In this document: one piece after another, positions 57,046 to 64,000 of the stretch
Layout: each line of letters begins with the position of its first letter
Position numbering within the stretch: the stretch's first letter is position 1
Origin: Escherichia phage FEC14
Sequence record: MG383452
Strand: one strand, 5' to 3'
DNA: 64,000 nt
Position numbers and translations under genes: made by a program
Notes under the pieces: generated by a model
What the model was told of the DNA's origin: nothing
The model's database searches: none
Seen by the model: the letters and a program-made list of their open reading frames with translations, nothing else

Positions 57046-57432
57046 ATGAAAATCCTCATTCCACGCAACGTTGTCGCTGTTGCTATTGATTACCGTGGTG
57101 ATGCGAAGATGATTAACGCTGTCCGTTATTATCCGGAACAGAATAAAATCGTCCCACAATTTCAACTGAATACCAATCCTTCTTCTAAGGATTTCGGTTC
57201 TTGGCGTCAGGTGGGTTTGGCTCGTACCCAAGTCAATGCCCAGCATTTTATTTCCGAAAAGACGAAAACCGCCAAGCAAATTTGGTTGGTGACGAATGAT
57301 CGTCGTTTCCTGCCTATCTGGTCTCTGGGACAGCCCGTAGTAAGCCCCGAAGAAATTCAGCTGGCTCCCGAAGCTGAGCCTGAAGTTGTTTCTCCTGTAG
57401 AGGAAGCGAAAGATGAAAATCAAGCAGGTTGA
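57046..57432 (+). CDS. hypothetical protein
   Basis: 128-aa ORF, AAAGGAA RBS. Confidence 0.5.
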   Translation: MKILIPRNVVAVAIDYRGDAKMINAVRYYPEQNKIVPQFQLNTNPSSKDFGSWRQVGLARTQVNAQHFISEKTKTAKQIWLVTNDRRFLPIWSLGQPVVSPEEIQLAPEAEPEVVSPVEEAKDENQAG

Positions 57433-57598
57433 TTTTATCTTCATGATGTTGATGTTCGTTATCTTTACGGTTTCGCTGGTCGGCGTCATGGTCACAGAAG
57501 GGGTGCAACAGCGCCCATTCTTGGTGATATGTCCTGTATCGATCGCCACTTTCTTCTATCTGGCGTTCCGTGTTGAACTCGGGAGTAAAATCGGATGA
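57413..57598 (+). CDS. small membrane protein
   Basis: 61 aa, hydrophobic; GAGGAAG RBS. Confidence 0.45.
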   Translation: MKIKQVDFIFMMLMFVIFTVSLVGVMVTEGVQQRPFLVICPVSIATFFYLAFRVELGSKIG

Positions 57599-58830
57599 TA
57601 CACATTTCTAAAATGCCGCAGGGATATAAAGCCCCTGAAAAATGGAAATACCCGATTGATCTGGCAGTAGATTATCGTAAGCCAGAAAATCGCATGTACC
57701 TGCTCAAGGCATGGGTGGAGGCGCTATCCTACACTGAAGAGCATAACCAGCAAGTCCGTCTGATGGATTATGCCATAGAGGTTACAGAAGGCATCACACA
57801 GCTCGAGAAGATCGAGCGCAAGATTTGGATGGCCTTTTTGTGGGGTTGTTGCTATAATGGGATTGGACCATGGACAATTTACAGTGAATTTCCTGTACCC
57901 CCACAATCTCCGAAAGAGTTTCAGCGATTTTCTGATTGGTATAACCTGAACTTTGATCGTATGCGCTTCGATACAGATTGTCGTTATCGTAAGTCGAAGA
58001 TGATTCCGTGCGTTCAGTCCTATATCGATTGGTTGGGTGGTAAAACCCAAATGGATTCTTTTCGTTGGATGTTGGAATGCACTACCAAGGAAGACCAGTT
58101 CACTGAACTGTGGAATACGGCGATGTCATGGAAATACTTCGGTCGCCTGAGCGCATGGAACTTCCTGGAAGCCCTGAACATGGTCTTCGGTAACATATGG
58201 GATATAGACGTCCCTGGTTTCATGTTGCGTGACCGTGATGGTAGCGAATCCAATCGTAACGGCGCGGCATTCTTATCCAACCGTGATGATTGGGTGACCA
58301 AGCACGGGAAGAAAAAGATCAACGGTTGTCCTATTACAGACGAAGAATGTGATATACTCGAAACCGACCTTGAGAAAGCGTTTCAGGAATGCGTTGAAGA
58401 GTTTGGCCACATCACGTTTATCAATCGTCTGAACTTTGAGACCTCCGGTGCTTGTTGGCTGAAGAAATTCTTCCGACTGAAGAATACCCGTTACATCGGG
58501 TGGGACGCCGAGCGTACATGGGACGAGATCGATTATATGGAACGTATTTGGCCTGAATACTCCTGTAAGGCATTATGGGAAGCCCGTTCACTCTGGCTAC
58601 CAGATACCCTGTTGTGCGAAAAAGCTCCTGCAGGGCACGTTCCTGGCGTCCAGAAGTGGAAGATGCCTGTGTTCTTTGAGACGGGTGTTCCTCTACATAT
58701 ATGGCATTTACAGCAGGGTACGCGTTGGGAACCATCTGAGGTTTACACTAATCTGAAAATGCCCGTCCGAAAGATAGAGGACAATCCGAAGTCGACCAGT
58801 GTAAACCTCATGTCTTTGTTGAAGCGCTGA
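57595..58830 (+). CDS. hypothetical protein (411 aa), candidate DNA-modification enzyme
   Basis: Large Trp/Cys-rich ORF two genes downstream of the P-loop kinase. I see no motif; the function is a guess from context only. Confidence 0.45.
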   Translation: MIHISKMPQGYKAPEKWKYPIDLAVDYRKPENRMYLLKAWVEALSYTEEHNQQVRLMDYAIEVTEGITQLEKIERKIWMAFLWGCCYNGIGPWTIYSEFPVPPQSPKEFQRFSDWYNLNFDRMRFDTDCRYRKSKMIPCVQSYIDWLGGKTQMDSFRWMLECTTKEDQFTELWNTAMSWKYFGRLSAWNFLEALNMVFGNIWDIDVPGFMLRDRDGSESNRNGAAFLSNRDDWVTKHGKKKINGCPITDEECDILETDLEKAFQECVEEFGHITFINRLNFETSGACWLKKFFRLKNTRYIGWDAERTWDEIDYMERIWPEYSCKALWEARSLWLPDTLLCEKAPAGHVPGVQKWKMPVFFETGVPLHIWHLQQGTRWEPSEVYTNLKMPVRKIEDNPKSTSVNLMSLLKR

Positions 58831-58866
58831 TATAAATATCCTCACCTATAAAGTGAGGATATTATC

Positions 58867-59034
58867 ATGTTACAAGATCTGTTGGTGTACGCGCTTCCTG
58901 GCGTTGTTGTCGGCTTCGTAGCTGGCGCTCTGGTCTTCCGTAAACACGCGCAAGACGGTGAAGTGATTGTTCAGAAGGGTAAAGACATCCTGGAACAAAT
59001 CGAAGCCAAACTGGACGAGCTGAAGAAAAAGTAA
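58867..59034 (+). CDS. small membrane protein (about 55 aa)
   Basis: My translation gives MLQDLLVYALPGVVVGFVAGALVF... followed by a charged tail; below ORF-track cutoff. Confidence 0.35.
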   Translation: MLQDLLVYALPGVVVGFVAGALVFRKHAQDGEVIVQKGKDILEQIEAKLDELKKK

Positions 59035-59050
59035 TCTGATTGCGATTGCG

Positions 59051-59100
59051 TTCTTCAATAAAGGGGAATGGGTTATTATTAGCCCGTTCCCCTTTCTTTT
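59051..59100 (+). promoter_or_regulatory. composite terminator-promoter (TTCTTCAATAAA box, hairpin with -10 TATTAT in the loop, T-tract)
   Basis: cgTTCTTCaataaaggggaatgggtTATTATtagcccgttcccctttcttttt; 17-nt spacing between TTCTTC and TATTAT. Confidence 0.4.
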
Positions 59101-59115
59101 TGCAAGGATTGATTT

Positions 59116-59307
59116 ATGACACCTCAATACAAAATATTGGTCACCAGCCGTTGTTATGCTTATGGACAGGGTGAAGCAATATCAGTACACACAGTTGTAG
59201 TTGATTTTGAAAACAAAGAACAAGCAGATTTGGCATTCTATAATATGCAGCAGAGCACGGCTCCTGCCGATATTGGCGTTAAACAAGTTTATACGAAATT
59301 ATACTGA
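59116..59307 (+). CDS. hypothetical protein
   Basis: 63-aa ORF, AAGGA RBS. Confidence 0.45.
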   Translation: MTPQYKILVTSRCYAYGQGEAISVHTVVVDFENKEQADLAFYNMQQSTAPADIGVKQVYTKLY

Positions 59308-59318
59308 GGTCCTATATC

Positions 59319-59540
59319 ATGGCAATGCAACGAATTGAAGACATGTCTGTGCTCGATATGGAAGCGACATTTGGCGACTATTTTGAATCTACCCCGAAAC
59401 AAGAAAAGGGTCATCTGGTAGTGTCGGAAGAGTTCGCACAAAAAGTTCAAGATACGCTTCCGACTAAATTGAACGGTGGGCAAGGCGGTTTCCGTCGCGG
59501 TGAACTGAATATCATCTGTGCCGGAGGGATTACGAGATGA
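59319..59540 (+). CDS. hypothetical protein
   Basis: 73-aa ORF. Confidence 0.45.
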   Translation: MAMQRIEDMSVLDMEATFGDYFESTPKQEKGHLVVSEEFAQKVQDTLPTKLNGGQGGFRRGELNIICAGGITR

Positions 59541-59923
59541 AGCGCCCCGAATACAAACAATATTTGTACGATCTGTTCATGAAAGAAACAGACGGCGTGT
59601 TACATCCTAAGAAAGCGACTATTGTTAAATTGCATTCTGAAGGTGATTTGTCTATAGCATATATCCGAAAAGAACTCGATTTGATGGGAATCGAATACGA
59701 AGACCACATCACGGATACACGTGCTTTAAAAAGAGAAACAGCAATCGTTCTTCATACCGTTGCAACAATTATGCATCGCCACCATGTTTCTTTTGACGAT
59801 GCAATAACTCCACAGTACCACGAAGAGCGCTGGGGACTGTTGTTGCAAAACGGTGCCAATCCCGAGCACAAAGATCAACTCCTTGGAATGACCAAGGCTC
59901 AACTTGTGGATGGTGTGTTATGA
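59537..59923 (+). CDS. hypothetical protein
   Basis: 128-aa ORF, GGAGGG RBS; ATGA overlap with the upstream stop. Confidence 0.5.
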   Translation: MKRPEYKQYLYDLFMKETDGVLHPKKATIVKLHSEGDLSIAYIRKELDLMGIEYEDHITDTRALKRETAIVLHTVATIMHRHHVSFDDAITPQYHEERWGLLLQNGANPEHKDQLLGMTKAQLVDGVL

Positions 59924-61029
59924 TCTACCTCCTGTTTGGTGTGCCACTGATACTAGCCATCCTGTTTGTGGTCTACCACCGCAAGACCCATGAGCCGAAA
60001 GAGACTCTGATGGCGACCGCGATTGTAGTGGTGCTGTCCTGTCTTATCCAGGCGGGAGCATACGCTGCATTTTCCCTGGGTAGTTCGGGAGATGTTGAAA
60101 TTTTGAATGGGTACGTTACTGACAAGCAACGAAATAAGGTGGGTTGTAGCCATTCTTATGAATGTATGTGCTATTACACAACTTCTTGCTCTGGTTCAGG
60201 AAATAACCGATCTTGTACACAAACGCGTCATTGCAGCACATGCTATGAGCACTCTTATGACGTTGATTGGGACGTATTAACAACCGTCGGTGATCTGAGC
60301 ATTGACCGTATTGATCGTCAGGGTACTACAGAGCCTCCGCGTTGGGCACAAGTTAAAATCGGGGAACCTGCGGCACGTGAACATTCATATATGAATTATG
60401 TGCTGGGCAACAAAGATTCATTATTCTCTAAATCTGACCAGCAATTCGCCGAGAAGTTCAAAGAGCATATCCCTTCATATCCGAGGGTGTATGATTATTA
60501 CCGAGTAACTCGTGTTCTGAATATGTCAGGGATGGACATTCCTGTTGATTACTGGAATGATTATCTGAACAATACTCTGAAAACATTAGGTGCTTCACGT
60601 CAAGTTAATATCGTTTGGGTTGTGACTTCTGGCCAGCCTGTTGAATATTTTCAGGGACTTCTATATGCATGGTCTGGCGGTAAAAAGAACGATGTTATTG
60701 TAGTCACCGATATTTCAAAGGATATGAAAATTAATTGGGGTAAGTCTACGTCATTTGCCGACGGCATGAACAACATGGAACTCCATTCTCGTAACGGACT
60801 TTCATTGACTGGGAAACCAATGGGCATATCAGTATTCCAAGAAGTTGCAGTCAATATAAGCAAAGGCTATAACCGCGTTGAAATGAAGGAAATGGATTAT
60901 CTGAAATGGCGTGACCTCAAGACATGGGAAGTGATTATCGTCGTTTTATTAGGTTGTGTTCCGTTTACCGCAATTTTCATATTAGGCCATATGCAGTACA
61001 ATGGTCGCACTTACAAACGTTTGTTTTAA
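59920..61029 (+). CDS. membrane protein with Cys-rich extracytoplasmic domain
   Basis: Hydrophobic segments at both ends (LLFGVPLILAILFVV... and ...VIIVVLLGCVPFTAIFILG) and a Cys-rich stretch CSHSYECMCYYTTSCSGSGNNRSCTQTRHCSTCYEH. Confidence 0.5.
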   Translation: MIYLLFGVPLILAILFVVYHRKTHEPKETLMATAIVVVLSCLIQAGAYAAFSLGSSGDVEILNGYVTDKQRNKVGCSHSYECMCYYTTSCSGSGNNRSCTQTRHCSTCYEHSYDVDWDVLTTVGDLSIDRIDRQGTTEPPRWAQVKIGEPAAREHSYMNYVLGNKDSLFSKSDQQFAEKFKEHIPSYPRVYDYYRVTRVLNMSGMDIPVDYWNDYLNNTLKTLGASRQVNIVWVVTSGQPVEYFQGLLYAWSGGKKNDVIVVTDISKDMKINWGKSTSFADGMNNMELHSRNGLSLTGKPMGISVFQEVAVNISKGYNRVEMKEMDYLKWRDLKTWEVIIVVLLGCVPFTAIFILGHMQYNGRTYKRLF

Positions 61030-61044
61030 CAAGAGGAAGTAAAG

Positions 61045-61614
61045 ATGTCGCAGCGTAAAGGTATTTCAATTGGTTGGATCATCGGTTTGGCGATTCTGGC
61101 TTTTGTTGTAATCTGTGTTGGTAGTTCCGTCAGTTATTTCAACGACTTCAACCGCACTGAGCAGCAGGTCAAGAAGTTCAACAAAGACTCCGAGAACTAC
61201 CTGAGCAACTACACGCTCAAAGTTCAGGAAACGGCGCAGATTCCTGACATGTACAAAGACGGCCTGAAGGAAGTGATCAAAGGTACATTCGAAGGGCGTT
61301 ATGGCGCTGATGGTTCCAAGGCTGTGATGCAGTGGATCCAGGAACAGAACATTCAGTTCGATTCCAGCCTGTACAAAGAGATCCAGGTTGTCATCAGCTC
61401 AGGCCGCGATGAGTTCCGTATCAGCCAGACCAAGAAGCTGGATATCTGTGCGATGTACGAGACCAAGCTGGCTCAGTTCCCTGGTTCGTTGATTGCTGGC
61501 GTGTTTGGATACCCGCGCATCGATCTTGACAAGACCTGCCAGGTGGTGAGCGATACCCGTACCCAGGCTGCGTTCGACGCCGGAATTCAGAAACCGATCA
61601 GCTTTAAAGGCTAA
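61045..61614 (+). CDS. LemA-like membrane protein
   Basis: N-terminal TM helix; C-terminal YETKLAQFPGSLIAGVFGYP resembles, from memory, the conserved C-terminal motif of the LemA family. Confidence 0.45.
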   Translation: MSQRKGISIGWIIGLAILAFVVICVGSSVSYFNDFNRTEQQVKKFNKDSENYLSNYTLKVQETAQIPDMYKDGLKEVIKGTFEGRYGADGSKAVMQWIQEQNIQFDSSLYKEIQVVISSGRDEFRISQTKKLDICAMYETKLAQFPGSLIAGVFGYPRIDLDKTCQVVSDTRTQAAFDAGIQKPISFKG

Positions 61615-61663
61615 TTCACAGTTAGCTCCAGGTGGAGCTAACCAAACCGAGTAAGGTGCTGTT

Positions 61664-61861
61664 ATGCCCACTGATAAATTTAGCTCTGTGTACACGACGC
61701 CTGCCAAGGAAACTTTGGTGAGCTTAGACCCCAGGGGAGTGGTGATAAAGCAGGTTGGGAGTGACGACAACGGGCGTCTTTATGACACCATTCTGTTGGA
61801 CATTGAATCTGCAAAGCATTTGCATGCTGTCCTTGGTGAAATTCTTAACTTAAAAGGCTGA
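61664..61861 (+). CDS. hypothetical protein
   Basis: 65-aa ORF. Confidence 0.45.
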   Translation: MPTDKFSSVYTTPAKETLVSLDPRGVVIKQVGSDDNGRLYDTILLDIESAKHLHAVLGEILNLKG

Positions 61862-61865
61862 TATC

Positions 61866-62294
61866 ATGAGCGTGAAACTGACTGAAGAAACTGCGTTGAC
61901 TTTGGTCCAACAGCAGATGTTCCTCGACGAAGTGGTTATCTCTGCGATCAAGCAGGGGATCATCCGTGACGACACACTGATCAACCGCCCGGAGATGATC
62001 CATCACCTGGTGGTGTGCCTGGGTGAAGCCAATCACCCTCGCAAGAAGATCGTGTTGTTCACTGATGGTGTGATTCATCCGAGCGGGAACTGCGCGTTCT
62101 TGGATGTGGTTGAACATCCGAACACGAAGGGTAAAGAGATCAAGACCTCTGTTCCGGTGACCCCATACACTGAGGGTGTTGACCAGCTGTCTTGGTTTGA
62201 GACGATCAACACCATCTATGTGATGGCGGTGGGTGGTCGACCTGTCCAAGACCTGCGCGGCGCTATTAAACCAGAGCCGAAAACTGAAGTCTAA
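61866..62294 (+). CDS. hypothetical protein
   Basis: 142-aa ORF. Confidence 0.5.
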   Translation: MSVKLTEETALTLVQQQMFLDEVVISAIKQGIIRDDTLINRPEMIHHLVVCLGEANHPRKKIVLFTDGVIHPSGNCAFLDVVEHPNTKGKEIKTSVPVTPYTEGVDQLSWFETINTIYVMAVGGRPVQDLRGAIKPEPKTEV

Positions 62295-62297
62295 TCG

Positions 62298-62343
62298 TTC
62301 TTCAATAAAAGGGGATAGGGTATTATTGCTCTATCCCCTTTTT
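62298..62343 (+). promoter_or_regulatory. composite terminator-promoter (TTCTTCAATAAA box, hairpin with -10 TATTAT, T-tract)
   Basis: cgTTCTTCaataaaaggggatagggTATTATtgctctatcccctttttc; same architecture as at 59051. Confidence 0.4.
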
Positions 62344-62344
62344 C

Positions 62345-62728
62345 ATGGACAGGAACATGACAGACAAGCCAAGAAAGATTGCGATTGTTGGAGCCGGACT
62401 GGGCTCTCGTACTATGGCCATTATCCTTCAAGAAAAGTTGAAAGGTGTTGAAGTAGAATGTATCAGTGTAGACGATATTCCTAAACGTCGTTGTGAACCA
62501 GGTGAACGCATGATAATTTGTGATGATCTGGTAGAAAGTGAACGCAAAACATTGGTATCTCAAGCGGTGGCTCAGTTACGGAAGGCAGATATTTCGTATT
62601 GTGAAGCAGAAGCCGATTACAGGGACATAATTGCGTCACAACGTTATCAAAAGCCGCCGCGCCTATATGGAGCCGCCCAACATAAACGTCAGGCTAAGAA
62701 ATATAAAAATCGGAGTAAACGAAAATGA
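62345..62728 (+). CDS. hypothetical protein with N-terminal GxGxxG-like motif
   Basis: KIAIVGAGLGS near the N-terminus, but the protein is too short for a full Rossmann domain. Start could be the second ATG at 62357. Confidence 0.4.
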   Translation: MDRNMTDKPRKIAIVGAGLGSRTMAIILQEKLKGVEVECISVDDIPKRRCEPGERMIICDDLVESERKTLVSQAVAQLRKADISYCEAEADYRDIIASQRYQKPPRLYGAAQHKRQAKKYKNRSKRK

Positions 62729-63171
62729 CTACTCAAAAACCAACTTATGAGGAATTGGCCACTGCGTTGATCCACATGGATGATGCCTTCCAAGATCTCT
62801 TTGGCCAAGTATGCTCTAATCCAGTGATGAATGCTTGGGGCAAGCCCGTTAACTTTGCTGTTATGAACAAACACCGCGAACAGGCAAGTTCAACTATTAG
62901 CAATTTGCGTCAAACGATGGATGTAAAACAACCAAGCATCCAACGGTATCTTGAAAACTTCGATGAGTATTCTTTCAAAGACCTTCTGTTCAAAGATCTA
63001 GTCGAGCAAGAGCAACGCAGACAGAGTAAGAACTGCTCTGAAGTACAATCTTCTGATGAAATTCGCCAGAACATAGAACAAGAATTCGACAATGCATACG
63101 ATCCTATCGGTTTGGCTGTTATGATCGTAAAAGCTCTGTCGTATGCATCAAAAGGAGAAACAAATGTCTAA
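62725..63171 (+). CDS. hypothetical protein
   Basis: 148-aa ORF, GGAG RBS; ATGA overlap. Confidence 0.5.
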   Translation: MTTQKPTYEELATALIHMDDAFQDLFGQVCSNPVMNAWGKPVNFAVMNKHREQASSTISNLRQTMDVKQPSIQRYLENFDEYSFKDLLFKDLVEQEQRRQSKNCSEVQSSDEIRQNIEQEFDNAYDPIGLAVMIVKALSYASKGETNV

Positions 63172-63370
63172 ACCATTATCTGCTGCGGCTGTAGCAACCC
63201 TTGCTTTGTCCGCCATGGCTGAAGATATGACGCATAATGGTCGTCTCTGGGATGATCATCGTTATGCACAAGGGTGTACCCCTGGGGAACCTGGGCATGC
63301 TCGTCCTTCCGTCAGTCGTCCTAAAAAGGCCAAGACCCATGGAAAGAACAAAAAGAAACGCCGTAAATGA
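63164..63370 (+). CDS. small hypothetical protein with basic C-terminus
   Basis: AAGGAGA RBS before the internal ATG; ends KKAKTHGKNKKKRRK. Confidence 0.4.
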   Translation: MSKPLSAAAVATLALSAMAEDMTHNGRLWDDHRYAQGCTPGEPGHARPSVSRPKKAKTHGKNKKKRRK

Positions 63371-63539
63371 TGTCATCCCCGAATATCGCCTTCACGCATT
63401 ATCGGAAGGTGAACCCAGATCATCACGATGTCATGTTATGTTTCAAGAAGGTAAAATGATGGCCGATGAAATCCTCTTCCTTCGAGCAGAGGTGATCCGT
63501 TTAAGTAACAATAAACCCCCAAAGAAATGAGGATATGTC

Positions 63540-63893
63540 ATGAGTTCTATTGAACAGCTGATCACACCACAATATGTTTACAGCAATATTGTAGAGCACC
63601 TCCGCTCTCAATTGAATGTGAAGCAGTTGAACAGCTCTGAATTGAGTGGTTTAGAAATAACAGAAGTTGAAGTTGCGGCCTTCGGTAGTCGTTATCATTT
63701 TGTTGTCAATCACACTCAGGTTGAACAAGTCACTTCGAGCATTATTGACCTCGGCGCAACGAAGCCTTCCCGCGCAGAGCCGAAATCTGTGACACGCAAT
63801 ATTGTGGGTTATCTGGAAGAGACGTTAGAGCCAGGTGCCACCCACCCGATATTCAATTTCAACGCCACCGTTGTAAACGTTCAGGGAAGTTAA
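63540..63893 (+). CDS. hypothetical protein
   Basis: 117-aa ORF, GAGGA RBS. Confidence 0.5.
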   Translation: MSSIEQLITPQYVYSNIVEHLRSQLNVKQLNSSELSGLEITEVEVAAFGSRYHFVVNHTQVEQVTSSIIDLGATKPSRAEPKSVTRNIVGYLEETLEPGATHPIFNFNATVVNVQGS

Positions 63894-63902
63894 TCCTGAT
63901 TA

Positions 63903-63930
63903 AAGCCTCCGATTGGAGGCTTTTCTATTG
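63903..63930 (+). terminator. rho-independent terminator
   Basis: aagcctcc-gatt-ggaggctt hairpin followed by ttctatt. Confidence 0.45.
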
Positions 63931-64000
63931 AACCACCCGCCAGTATCATAACCTTACCCAATAATGTGTTCTTCTTTGATCTGAACAGGAATTCTATACT

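Noticed and set aside
1-64000. Prophage or temperate-phage features (integrase, repressor, att sites, transposase)
   Set aside because: None seen; the gene content is that of a lytic T4-like virion and replication module.

Overview
This window reads as a contiguous stretch of a virulent T4-like myovirus genome, most consistent with an Ackermannviridae (ViI/CBA120-like) phage; that assignment is my inference from gene order and motifs, not a database hit. Coordinates 1-40300 are a minus-strand late/structural module in T4 order: major capsid, scaffold, prohead protease, portal, tail tube, a free-standing GIY-YIG endonuclease, tail sheath, large terminase interrupted by a mini-intein in its P-loop, small terminase, neck proteins, a 1612-aa structural protein, four consecutive tailspike genes sharing a paralogous module, a repeat-containing tail fibre, and baseplate genes. 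Coordinates 40300-45400 are a divergent control region with a 125-bp tandem repeat, followed by an ORF-poor stretch carrying at least three canonical tRNAs (Met-CAT, Asn-GTT, Ser-GCT) plus tRNA-like elements. Coordinates 45480-63900 are mostly plus-strand genes including a family-B DNA polymerase, a P-loop kinase, a PLP-enzyme-like protein, a HAD-like hydrolase, a LemA-like membrane protein and many small hypothetical and membrane proteins. The most promising candidate system is the kinase / PLP enzyme / 411-aa protein set around the polymerase, which may be a thymidine hypermodification module. No integrase, transposase, CRISPR array or rRNA was seen. All calls come from reading the sequence and ORF track by eye; non-CDS coordinates are approximate (a few nt).
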